Origin: an uncultured delta proteobacterium
GTDB taxonomy: Bacteria > Myxococcota_A > Polyangia > Polyangiales > Polyangiaceae
Length of the DNA stretch: 64,000 nucleotides
NCBI GenBank assembly: GCA_963806225.1
Contig: CAWDXG010000004.1
Location: forward strand, 864,001 to 928,000
Direction: 5' to 3'
The notes under the pieces are model-generated. The model had not been told where the DNA came from and did not search any database. It was given only the letters and a program-made list of their open reading frames with translations. Made by a program: the position numbers and the translations under genes. Each line of letters begins with the position of its first letter. The stretch's first letter is position 1. This document shows, piece after piece, positions 1 through 9,338 of the stretch.

Positions 1-66
1 AACGGAAAAGGCGCTCCACGTGCAATCACATAGCACGCAGGATCGCCGCCGCACAGTCGGCGCGCC

Positions 67-1241
67 CTACAGAAGCTTGCGGAAGCGGTAGCAGATGAGC
101 TCGAGCAGCCGGTCGCCCAGCGGCCGGAACAGGAACTCGTGCGAGTCGACCTCGCGGCTGTCCTCCAGATCCCGCTCGAAGCGACTGCTCCATGACGGCG
201 GCAAAGCCCTCGTCGGACACGGCAACATTCACCTCCAGATTGGAGCGGAGCGAGCGTGCGTCCATGTTGAATGTGCCGATCGTACTCCAGTGCCCGTCGA
301 TCACCGCCGTCTTGGCGTGCAGCACGTTCCGCTGCCACTCGAAGACACGCACGCCGTGACGCATCAGACCGCCCCACACGGCGCGGCTGGCGTGTCGAAC
401 GATCTCCACGTCGCTCACGCCCGGCACCAGCACGCGGACGTCGGCGCCGCGCCGCGCCGCGCGCTTGAGCGCGCGGACGACCATGCGATCCGGAACGAAA
501 TACGAGTTGGCAATCCAGACGCGGCGCTCGGCGCGGTACAGGTTCTTCAGGTACGCGCGGACGATCTCGCGGCGGTGCCGGGCGAAGTCCTCGCCAAGCA
601 CACGGACCTTCTGCGGGCTGCTCTGCCTGGGCGGCGCCGGCGGCGGGCTCCACCGCCAGCGGCACGTCGGTCTCGCGCCGCCAGTTGCGCAGGAAGATGC
701 CGCTTAGGCCGGCGACGACCGGACCTTCGAGCCGCGCCATGTCGTCGCGCCAGCCATGCCCGTCCTGGTCGTACGGCTGCCACTGGTCGGCGATGTTGAT
801 GCCGCCCGTGAAGCCGATCTCGCCGTCGACGACGAGAATCTTCCGGTGGTCGCGCCGCGTCAGCTTCGCCAACCGGAAGCGCTTGTGCCAGGGCATCACC
901 GGGTTGAATTCGAGCACCTTGACGCCCGCTTTCGCGAGCTCCTCGAACATCCCGAAGTCGCTCTCCCAGGAACCGAGAGAATCGTAGATCAGCGCCACTT
1001 CCACGCCGCGCGCGGCGGCGTCGGCCAGGGCGCGCGCGAACTTCCGGCCGATCCCGTCGGACGCGAACCAGTACATCTCGAGCAGCACCTGGCGCTTCGC
1101 GCCCTCGATCGCCTCCAGCATCGATGGGAACGCCGAGGCGCCGTTGCGCAAGAGCCAGATGTGGTTGCCCTCGACAAAGTGCTCCTGCACCCGCCGCAGA
1201 CCTCGCGGGACGCTTTGCTTCTGGCGGATCTCGAGCGGCAC
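67..1241 (-). CDS. cls: Cardiolipin synthase B-like phospholipase D (two apparent frameshifts)
   Basis: Two HKD motifs in different frames: DHRKILVVDG..GFTGGIN, read manually from GTG 1241, and LHAKTAVIDG..STIGTFN in ORF 26..601. The C-terminus FERDLEDS..FRKLL* ends at 67. TAAGCT lies 8 nt before the GTG. Confidence 0.85.
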
Positions 1242-1334
1242 GGCGATCGAGCTTAACCCGGCGGGGCTCCTGGCCCAGGCCCAAGTGCAGCGGAGGGGTT
1301 GCGCCGGAGCGCTCGGCGGGCCGAAGATGCCTCG

Positions 1335-2192
1335 ATGCTGCGGCTCGACGAGTTCGAGAGTGCGTTCAAGTCCGCGGACAAGCAGCGCTACAGCTATTCG
1401 CCCGTGGACATCTCGAGCGTGCTGGTGTTCACGGACCTGCCCCGGGAACAGGCGCGCCACTTCTCGTCGGATGTCCGCGACTACCTGACGGTACTCGAAC
1501 GCGCCGATCTCTCCTGGCGGGAAGTCGCGGGCGACGAGTTCGACGACGCGGGAGAGCTGCTCGCGATCGTCGAGCGCGAGCGGCCCGATCTAATCTGTGC
1601 CTACCGGAACCTGCACGGCGGCGCACGCCGCTTTCCGTTCAGCCTCGGCGCACACGTCGACGTGCTCACCCAGGCCACGACCACGCCGGTGCTGCTGCTG
1701 CCCGCGCCGACGGACGAAGGACGACTGTCGCCGGGCACACGCGACACGGACTCGGTGATGGTGCTGCACGACCAGCTCACCGGCTCCGACTCGATCGTGA
1801 ACTACGGTGTGCGCTTCACGACACCGGGCGGCAGGCTGCTCTTGGCGCATCTCGAGAACGATCACGTCTTCCAACGCTACATGGATGTGATCGCCAAGCT
1901 GCCGTCGATCGACACGGAGCGAGCGCGCGTGGACATCGCCGCGCAATTGCTCAAGGAGCCCAGCGACTACATCGCCAGCGCCAAAGCCGAGATCGAAGCC
2001 CACGAGCTACCGCTCGAGGTGCACCCTGTCGTGACGATGGGGCACCAGATCGCCGACTGCAAGCGACTGGTCGAAGAGAACGCGATCGACATGATCGTGA
2101 TGAACACCAAGGATGACGAACAGCTCGCGATGCACGGGCTCGCCTACCCGATCGCCGTCGAGCTCCGCGACGTGCCGCTGTTGATGCTCTGA
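1335..2192 (+). CDS. Universal-stress-protein-like (tandem USP fold) protein
   Basis: Two alpha/beta units ending 'DLIC..VLTQATTTPVLLLP' and 'IDMIVM..IAVELRDVPLLML', typical USP C-termini. TGATG overlap with the next gene. Confidence 0.6.
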   Translation: MLRLDEFESAFKSADKQRYSYSPVDISSVLVFTDLPREQARHFSSDVRDYLTVLERADLSWREVAGDEFDDAGELLAIVERERPDLICAYRNLHGGARRFPFSLGAHVDVLTQATTTPVLLLPAPTDEGRLSPGTRDTDSVMVLHDQLTGSDSIVNYGVRFTTPGGRLLLAHLENDHVFQRYMDVIAKLPSIDTERARVDIAAQLLKEPSDYIASAKAEIEAHELPLEVHPVVTMGHQIADCKRLVEENAIDMIVMNTKDDEQLAMHGLAYPIAVELRDVPLLML

Positions 2193-3595
2193 TGCTGTCG
2201 CTCCTCTCCATCACCGCTGCCGCGGCACCGGAAGAGCCGCATCCGTCGCTCGCCGTGACGCTCTTGTTCCTGCTGCTGCTCGTCGCGATGATCGTCGCGC
2301 TATCGCTGGAGGAGAAGCTCCACGCGAAGAAGTCGGTCATCACCGGCGTCAGCGCGGTCGTCGCGCTGTTCCTGGGCGGGGTGTTCCACATCCTGCCGTT
2401 CGGCGCGGTCACCAACGTGTTCGGCGAGCACGTCGATCTGCCCGTCTACGTCCCGTCCATCGACTGGGGCGTGATCGCGCTGATCCTGGGCGCCAGCCTG
2501 TTCGTCGACGTGACCAGCAAGAGCGGGCTCTTCACCTGGATCGCGATCAAGCTGACCAAGGCCTCCGGCGGCGACCCGTGGAAGCTCTTGTTCTCCTACG
2601 GCGTGATGACCGTGGTGTTCTCGGCGGTGCTGAACAACGTCACCGCCATGCTGATCGTCGGCTCGCTGTCGGCGGTCAGCCTCAAGAAGCTCGGCGCCAG
2701 CGACAAGCTGCTCGGCTTTCTGCTGATCGAGGGCCTGTTGACCAACGTGGGAGGCCTGCTCACGCTCATCAGCTCGGTGCCCAACATCATCGTCGGTCAC
2801 GCCGCGCACATCCCTTTCATGCGGTTCTTCCTGGTGGCCGGCCCCTACGTGGCGGTGGCCACGGTGGCGACCATCATCGCCGGCGGGTGGCTGTTCGACC
2901 TGCAGCGTCTGAAGACGCCCGGGGACCGGGCCCGCGCGGCGCGCCTGGTCGCGGGCTTCGACGAGAACGACGGCATCGGCAGCCGCGGCTTCTTCTGGTT
3001 CTCGCTGGTGATGTTCGTGCTGTTCATCGCCACGCTGGCGGCCACGTCGGTGCTGCCCGTGATCCGCGATCTCGACATGGGCTACGTGGCGCTGGCGTTC
3101 GCCGTCATCGTCCTGCTCCGCTACAGGGGCGAGGTCGATCGCTTCTACCAGGCCATCGACTGGGACCTGCTGCTGTTCTTCGCAACGCTTTTCGTGGTCA
3201 TCGGCGTGATGGAACACGCCCGTGTGCTGGCGCTCATCGGCCACGGCATCGCTGCGCTCGTGGGCCTGGGCACCCACGCAGGCAGCGCCGCGCTGCTGAT
3301 GGCCTCGGCGGGAGCCAGCTCGGTCACCGACAACATCCCGCTGACGGCGGTTCTGGCGCGGATCCTTGCCGCCATGCACCATCCCGATCCCGGGCTCTGG
3401 TGGGCCGTGGTATTCGGCGCCAACCTCGGCGGCAATATCACGCCGATCGGCTCGGCCTCCACAGTGGTAGCTGTCACCATCATGCACAAGCACGAGCTCG
3501 GGATGGGATTCGGACGCTTCGTGCGCACCGCCCTGCCATTCGCCTTGATCCAGATACTGCTCGCCGTGGTCTACGTCGTCGTGTTCGTCGCCTGA
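2192..3595 (+). CDS. ArsB/NhaD/SLC13 (IT superfamily) ion transporter
   Basis: About 12 hydrophobic segments; motifs SAVLNNVT, NVGGLLTLISSVPN, SSVTDNIP, GANLGGNITPIGSAS. Confidence 0.85.
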   Translation: MLSLLSITAAAAPEEPHPSLAVTLLFLLLLVAMIVALSLEEKLHAKKSVITGVSAVVALFLGGVFHILPFGAVTNVFGEHVDLPVYVPSIDWGVIALILGASLFVDVTSKSGLFTWIAIKLTKASGGDPWKLLFSYGVMTVVFSAVLNNVTAMLIVGSLSAVSLKKLGASDKLLGFLLIEGLLTNVGGLLTLISSVPNIIVGHAAHIPFMRFFLVAGPYVAVATVATIIAGGWLFDLQRLKTPGDRARAARLVAGFDENDGIGSRGFFWFSLVMFVLFIATLAATSVLPVIRDLDMGYVALAFAVIVLLRYRGEVDRFYQAIDWDLLLFFATLFVVIGVMEHARVLALIGHGIAALVGLGTHAGSAALLMASAGASSVTDNIPLTAVLARILAAMHHPDPGLWWAVVFGANLGGNITPIGSASTVVAVTIMHKHELGMGFGRFVRTALPFALIQILLAVVYVVVFVA

Positions 3596-3610
3596 TCGGA
3601 TAGCCCCCGG

Positions 3611-4555
3611 ATGCTCGAGAACCTCGGCCTGCTTCTGCTCGGCGGCGCCCTGCTCTACTTCGGAGCGGAGTGGCTGGTGCGCGGCGGCGCGGGGCTGGCA
3701 CGCGCCTTCGGGGTGAGCCCGCTGGTCGTCGGGTTGACGGTGATCTCCTACGGGACCTCGGCGCCGGAGCTCGCGGTGAGCATGCTGTCGGGCCTCGACG
3801 GCAAACCGCAGATCGCGCTCGGCAACGTCATCGGCTCGAACATCGCGAACATCGGCTTGATCCTGGGTCTGACGGCGCTGATCGCGCCTCCGCGCGTGGA
3901 CGGCTCGCTGGCGCGGCGCGAGCTGCCGGTGCTGCTCGCGGCCAGCCTGGCGCTGCCGCTGATCCTGGTGCGCGGGCTGGCCGGGCACCTGGTCGCGCTC
4001 GGTTTCGTCGCGGGCGCGCTCGGCTTCACCTACGCGACGTTGCGCTGGGCGCGACCGGACGCCCGCCCCGACGACGAGCCAGGCGGGGATGAGCCGGCGA
4101 CGGCCAACCGTCTGGTGCTCTCGGGGCTGGCCGTGCTGGGGCTCGCCCTGCTGCTCGGCGGCGGCAAGGTATTCGTGGACGGCGCCATCGGGCTGGCGCA
4201 TCACTTCGGGATGAGCGAGCGGGTGATCGGGCTCACGGTGGTCGCTATCGGCACCTCCCTGCCCGAGCTGGCCGCGTCGCTGGTGGCGGCGCTCCGCGGT
4301 CACTCCGAGCTGGCGATCGGCAACGTCATCGGCTCGAACATCTTCAACGTGCTGCTGATCCTGGGCGCGACGGGGCTCGTGGCACCGCTGCACGGCAGTC
4401 TGCACGCGATGCGGCTCGACCTGGGAACAATGCTGACGCTGACGGTGTTCTGTATCTGGTCGCTCAGGACCTCGCGCCGCGTGACGCGCGTCGAGGGCGC
4501 CCTGCTGACCGCGGGGTACTTCGGCTTCCTGGTCGCGCTCATCGCGCTCGGCTGA
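3611..4555 (+). CDS. Calcium/sodium antiporter (CaCA, YrbG-like)
   Basis: Duplicated alpha repeats GTSAPEL..GNVIGSNIAN and GTSLPEL..GNVIGSNIFN. Confidence 0.92.
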   Translation: MLENLGLLLLGGALLYFGAEWLVRGGAGLARAFGVSPLVVGLTVISYGTSAPELAVSMLSGLDGKPQIALGNVIGSNIANIGLILGLTALIAPPRVDGSLARRELPVLLAASLALPLILVRGLAGHLVALGFVAGALGFTYATLRWARPDARPDDEPGGDEPATANRLVLSGLAVLGLALLLGGGKVFVDGAIGLAHHFGMSERVIGLTVVAIGTSLPELAASLVAALRGHSELAIGNVIGSNIFNVLLILGATGLVAPLHGSLHAMRLDLGTMLTLTVFCIWSLRTSRRVTRVEGALLTAGYFGFLVALIALG

Positions 4556-4664
4556 CGCGACGGTCCTCGGGCCGGCCGGGCCGGCTGAATCGCCGCCGGC
4601 TCGCCAACGTCCAAGAACTGCCGAATCGGCTGCCGGCCGCCGCAGCCGGGACTATCCTCTGCCC

Positions 4665-5807
4665 ATGCCACTCGCATCCCGTCCGTGGCGCAGCGCCGGT
4701 GGGTTGACCACGGTAGCCGCCCTGCTGCTCGCCAACGCCTGCCAGACCTCCCGACCGGTCCAGTATCCGCAGCAGCGGCCGCCTCCCCCGGGCTACGCGC
4801 AGGGCCCCTACGCCCCGGGGCAGTACCCCCCGGGGCAGTATCCGCCGCAGCAGTACCCGCCCGGGCAGTACCCCGCGCAGCAGCCGCCGGGTTACGCGCA
4901 GCCCGGGCAGTACCCGCCGGGGCAATACCCACCGGGGCAGTACCCCGCGCAGCCGCCGCCCGCTCCGACCGCAGCGCCGGCCCCGGCGGCCGCACCGGTC
5001 GCCTACGACCCGATCAACACCGACAACGTGCAGTGGGAGCGCTCGCGCGCGCAGCAGATCATCGCCGAGCTGATCGCCGCGCTGCCGGCAGCCCAGCGCC
5101 AGCGCGTGCAGGGCATTCCGCTGGTCGTCGACAACACGCCGGGCGAAGTGAACGCCTTCGCCGCCTGCACGAAGGATGGCAAGGCGCTGATGACGATCAC
5201 CGACGGCCTGCTCGACATCGAAGCGCACCTGGCCAACGCGAAGTCCACCGACGAGATGTTCCACTCGAACAAGACGTCGCAGTACATCCAGCTCATCGCA
5301 AAGTACCAGCAGCCGAACAGGCCCATCGTGCAGCCCGCTGCCGGCTTCTTCAATCCGGTCCAGCAGGCGAACCCTGCCCGCGTGGCGCGCCAGCACGTCC
5401 TGTTCGACGAGCAGGTCGCGTTCGTACTCGGCCACGAGCTCGCGCACCACTACCTCGGCCACCTTGGTTGCACCGGTCGTGGCGGGCTCGACGCGCAGGA
5501 GGTCGGGCGCGTGCTGTCGAGCGCGGTGCCGCTCTTCAACCAGCCGAACGAGTTCGCCGCCGACGCGGCCGGCACCAACAATGTGCTGACCGCCGGCGCG
5601 CACCGCCAGGGCGCGCATTGGACGGAGGAAGGCGGAATCCTGACGATGCAGTTCTTCGAAGGCGTGGAGCAACTGAGCCCGCTCGACATCCTGTTCGGCT
5701 TCGACCGCTCGCACCCCGCCCCGCAGCTGCGCATCCCCGTGATCCAGCAGACCGCAGCCGCATGGCGCACAACGGGCGGCGCCGGCCTGCCGATCCCGAC
5801 GCTCTGA
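4665..5807 (+). CDS. M48 family zinc metalloprotease, probable lipoprotein with QYPPG repeats
   Basis: Lipobox-like LANAC; VNAFA; GHELAH (HExxH); EFAAD; RSHP. Confidence 0.85.
   Translation: MPLASRPWRSAGGLTTVAALLLANACQTSRPVQYPQQRPPPPGYAQGPYAPGQYPPGQYPPQQYPPGQYPAQQPPGYAQPGQYPPGQYPPGQYPAQPPPAPTAAPAPAAAPVAYDPINTDNVQWERSRAQQIIAELIAALPAAQRQRVQGIPLVVDNTPGEVNAFAACTKDGKALMTITDGLLDIEAHLANAKSTDEMFHSNKTSQYIQLIAKYQQPNRPIVQPAAGFFNPVQQANPARVARQHVLFDEQVAFVLGHELAHHYLGHLGCTGRGGLDAQEVGRVLSSAVPLFNQPNEFAADAAGTNNVLTAGAHRQGAHWTEEGGILTMQFFEGVEQLSPLDILFGFDRSHPAPQLRIPVIQQTAAAWRTTGGAGLPIPTL
4815..4955 (+). repeat. Degenerate 15-bp coding repeats (QYPPG)
   Basis: Recurring gggcagtacccgccg-like units. Confidence 0.8.
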
Positions 5808-5907
5808 GCTCCAGCGCTCGCGGTGGCGCTGACCCGCAGGCGTCGCGGCTAGCGCGCGCGGCGGCGGCCCGAGCAGCGCAGGGCCTCGGGTCGCCATCCT
5901 CTACCCC

Positions 5908-6150
5908 GTGAAGCCGCCACCAGACTACGGCGTGCCACCGCAACCGATGCACGAACTAGAACAGGCCAGGCAGGATCGCGAGCGGGCCCGCGGCGGCGCA
6001 ACCGGGGGCATGGGTGGAAGCAGCGGCGCCGGGGGCGACGCTGGCTGTGTGCCAACCGGTAGCTGCGCCGGAGTCGGTTGCGGGCCGGTGCCCGACGGCT
6101 GCGGGGGGTACCTCGACTGTGGCAGTTGCACAGCGCCTCCGGACAACGTC
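5908..6150 (+). pseudogene. Fragment of a myxobacterial Cys-rich lipoprotein
   Basis: GGMGGSSGAGGDAG linker followed by CVPTGSCAGVGCGPVPDGCGGYLDCGSC, with no signal peptide; the frame then degenerates. Confidence 0.45.
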
Positions 6151-6217
6151 TGGGCCACGGAGGCTATCGGTCGGGACAATCGCGCGTCACCTGTAGCCGG
6201 TCACAGGTTGGCAGAAT

Positions 6218-6541
6218 CTACTGCCACACGCGCGCACCGAGGCCGGCGCGGGAGTCGGCGTCGAGCTTGTCCAGCAGGTGGGTGACGTGGACTTCGACCG
6301 TTCGTTCGGCGCAGTCGAGGTGGGCGGCGATGATCTTGTTCGACTCGCCCTCGACAACGTGGGCGAGCACTTCGAGCTCGCGTGGGGTGAGAGCGAAGCG
6401 CTGCGCTGCTGCGCGCAGCCTCGCCTCGAGCCCGTCGCGTCGCGAGCGGGCCCGGGCGATGGCGACGACGTACCCCGGGGCGCCGTGCACAGCGAGCGGC
6501 AAGAGTTCGAATTCCGTGCACCGTTCGGGATGGAGCTCCAC
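6218..6541 (-). CDS. LuxR-family HTH regulator, probably N-terminally truncated
   Basis: LTPRELEVLAHVVEGESNKIIAAHLDCAERTVEVHVTHLLDKL at the end of ORF 6218..7402. Confidence 0.75.
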   Translation of the reverse strand: MELHPERCTEFELLPLAVHGAPGYVVAIARARSRRDGLEARLRAAAQRFALTPRELEVLAHVVEGESNKIIAAHLDCAERTVEVHVTHLLDKLDADSRAGLGARVWQ

Positions 6542-7225
6542 GGGACACCCGGTGACCGCGCCGCCTGGTCCCGGGTTGCCGAGCACCGCCCCGAGGGCGT
6601 CTCGCTCTGGTTCGTCGAGCTGCCCGACCACGGGGAAGCACCGGACAGCAACGACAGTTTGCCCGCCTACGAGCGCGAGCTGGACGCGATCATCGAGTCG
6701 GCACCCGCACCGGTGGTGCTCGTGGGGTTGTCCGTCGGCGCGTTCCTGGCGGCGCGCGCCGCGGCACGCCATGTCGAACGCATCGAGCGCATGCTCCTGT
6801 GCGGCGGCTTCACCGGCTTCGACGCGGACGGATTGAACCTGCGCCGGGGCCTGGCCGCGGCGCTGCGTTCCGGGCAGGAAACGCCGGCGAGTCTGCTGCC
6901 GCAGTTCCTCGATCCCCTGCTGCACCCCGACGAGCGCGATGAAGTCGCGGTACAGATCGTGCGACGCGCGGAGCATGACCCGGCAGTGCGCTTCGCGCGA
7001 GCCATGGAACGCATGCTGGACATGGGACAAGGGGACTTCCGTATCGCTCGCTACCAACCCCCTACCCGGGTGCTCCACGCCCGCGGCGATCCCCTCGTGC
7101 CGCTTGTCGAGGGCGAGCGATTGGCCGGGCTCGGAGACAACGCAGAGCTCGTGGTGCTCGACGCCCACTCGCACTTGTTGCCGCTCAGTCACGCGCCCGA
7201 GGTTGCTCGGCACCTGTTCGCCTAG
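6530..7225 (+). CDS. Alpha/beta hydrolase, probably N-terminally truncated
   Basis: HG motif at residue 4; ELPDHGE; nucleophile elbow GLSVG; DPLVP; HSHLL. Confidence 0.75.
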   Translation: MELHGTPGDRAAWSRVAEHRPEGVSLWFVELPDHGEAPDSNDSLPAYERELDAIIESAPAPVVLVGLSVGAFLAARAAARHVERIERMLLCGGFTGFDADGLNLRRGLAAALRSGQETPASLLPQFLDPLLHPDERDEVAVQIVRRAEHDPAVRFARAMERMLDMGQGDFRIARYQPPTRVLHARGDPLVPLVEGERLAGLGDNAELVVLDAHSHLLPLSHAPEVARHLFA

Positions 7226-7439
7226 CAGGAGTAGGCATTTCGCGAGCGGCGTGAGTCGGCATGGCGGGCGGTTGCACCTGCTCGTGGAACGGGCCCCCAG
7301 GGCGACCCGGGGGCCGCAGCCGCAGCCGCACGCCGTCGCTACGGCCAGCGGCTGCCAGGACCCAGCCGGAAAGCCAGAGCTCATCTGCCTCTTTCCGCGC
7401 AACCCGTGCTGTGGATCAGTCGACTAGCGGGACGGCAGC

Positions 7440-8489
7440 GTGAGCGACAAGACCGAGGAACCGACACCAAGACGCCTCAGGAAGGCGCGCGAGGACGGCG
7501 ACAGTCCCGTCTCTTCGGCATTGGTGCAGGCCGCGGGCTTCGTCGTGGCGATCACGCTGGCGCCGGCGGCGGTCGCGGCCACCGCTGGACGCGCGACGGC
7601 GCGCATCCAGCAGGCGCTCGAGCATCCGCTGCAGGCCTTCTCGCCGATGGGCCTGGCGCTGGACGTGCTCACGCTTTCCCTACCGCTGATCGCCGCGGCG
7701 GCGCTGGTCAGCGCAGTCGTGGGCTTCGTGCAGACGGGCGGCATCGTCGCGACGAAGAAGCTCGCGCCCGATCTCTCCAAGGCGAACCCCATCACCGGGC
7801 TCAAGAACATCTTCAACTGGCAGCGCATCCTGGGCGTGGTGCGCTCGCTCGTCGGCGCGCTCGTGGTCGGCTGGCTCGCGGTGCGGCTGCTCGCCGATCA
7901 CGGCAGCGACCTGGCGAACTGCATCGGCAACATCGGCGCGGCGGCGGTGGTGGCGTCCGACCTCGCGCGGCACCTGTTGTGGATCGCGGCGCTGGTCGGG
8001 CTGGGCCTGGCCCTGCTCGACGTGCTGATCACGCACTGGTCGTGGAAGAAGCGGCTGCGCATGAGCAAGGACGAGGTCAAGCGAGAGTACAAGGAATCCG
8101 AAGGCGACCCGGAGATCAAACAGGCCCGCAAGCAGGCGCACCACGAAATGCTGCGCGGCGCGACCATCTCGGCGGTCAAGGACGCAACGGTGGTAATCGT
8201 GAATCCGACGCATCTGGCAACGGCCCTGCACTACGTGGAATCCGACGAAGAGGACGCCGCGCCGCGCATCGTGGCGCAGGGCGAGGGCGATCTGGCGCGG
8301 CAGATGATCGATGCGGCCCGCGCCTGGGGCATTCCGGTCGTGCGCGATGTGCCCATCGCCCGCGCGCTCTCCGAGCTCGAAATCGGCGACGAGATCCCGG
8401 AAGCGCTGTACGAAGCCGTCGCCGAGATCCTGCGCGAGGTGTGGGAGCAGGCCGGGGGCGACGAAGCGGACGCTTCCGCCGGCGACTGA
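7440..8489 (+). CDS. sctU: EscU/YscU/HrcU/FlhB-family type III export apparatus switch protein
   Basis: N-terminal KTEEPTPRRLRKAREDG; about 4 TM segments; MSKDEVKREYKESEGDPEIK; NPTH autocleavage motif; IPEALYEAVAEIL. Confidence 0.93.
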   Translation: MSDKTEEPTPRRLRKAREDGDSPVSSALVQAAGFVVAITLAPAAVAATAGRATARIQQALEHPLQAFSPMGLALDVLTLSLPLIAAAALVSAVVGFVQTGGIVATKKLAPDLSKANPITGLKNIFNWQRILGVVRSLVGALVVGWLAVRLLADHGSDLANCIGNIGAAAVVASDLARHLLWIAALVGLGLALLDVLITHWSWKKRLRMSKDEVKREYKESEGDPEIKQARKQAHHEMLRGATISAVKDATVVIVNPTHLATALHYVESDEEDAAPRIVAQGEGDLARQMIDAARAWGIPVVRDVPIARALSELEIGDEIPEALYEAVAEILREVWEQAGGDEADASAGD

Positions 8490-8501
8490 TCGAGCGCGGG
8501 C

Positions 8502-9338
8502 TCAGCCTTCTGCGACCGATAGCCACGCGGCAGCGGCGGCGGGCTGCTCCGCGCTGTTCGACAGCTGCGAAAGGAAGCGGGCGCAGGCGCGCTCGCCGCT
8601 CCTGTCCTGCGCTTCACGGGCGCGCGCCAGCCCTTCCAGCGCTTCGAGCACGGCCTCGGCCAGGCGCCCCGCCGCTGCCAGGCCGATGCCGTGGGCGAGC
8701 GCGGCACGGCAGCGTTGGGCGTGAGCGAGCGGGCGCGCTCGCTCGCTCACGCTGCGTAGAAGTCGCAGCGCTTCGCTCGTGTCGCCGCGTCCAAGCGCGC
8801 TCATCGCCGCCAGCCGATCGGCGACCAGCTCGTGGTCGCCCTGCTCGCGTAGCTGACCTACCAGTTCGTCGACCGTGTCCAGATCGCCGTCGCGCAGCGC
8901 CTGCGCGGCGCGTGCGCCCTGCCCCGCCCCTTCCATGGCGTAGACGAGCTCCGCGCGCGCGCCCGCGTTCCGCACCGACGCGGGCGCCGGGGCCGGCTCG
9001 GTCAGCGGTCCCCGCTCGACGCGCAGCCAGCTCGACCACATCCCGACCAGTCCGCGCTCCGCGAGCGCTTCGAGGTCCAGCACGTCCGCGAACCGGTGCA
9101 GCGAGCCGGCGGATTGGTCGAGCCCCGCGGCCTCCGCCGAGGCGCCGGCCCGGCGGGCCAACGCGCGCGCCTGCTCGGCGTTGCCCGAAAGCAGCGCGTG
9201 CAGCGCCGCGGAGCTCTGCGCCAGCGGGCGCTGGCTCGCGATCAAGAGCTCCACCGCCGCTCGATGCAGCTCGACGCCCCGCGCCGGATCGAGCAGATCG
9301 AGCAGCGCGTCGCGATGCGTGGCGCTCGGCAGCGCCAT
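8502..9338 (-). CDS. Hypothetical all-helical (TPR-like) protein
   Basis: Ala/Leu/Arg-rich helical repeats; TGATG coupling to the upstream gene. Confidence 0.55.
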   Translation of the reverse strand: MALPSATHRDALLDLLDPARGVELHRAAVELLIASQRPLAQSSAALHALLSGNAEQARALARRAGASAEAAGLDQSAGSLHRFADVLDLEALAERGLVGMWSSWLRVERGPLTEPAPAPASVRNAGARAELVYAMEGAGQGARAAQALRDGDLDTVDELVGQLREQGDHELVADRLAAMSALGRGDTSEALRLLRSVSERARPLAHAQRCRAALAHGIGLAAAGRLAEAVLEALEGLARAREAQDRSGERACARFLSQLSNSAEQPAAAAAWLSVAEG

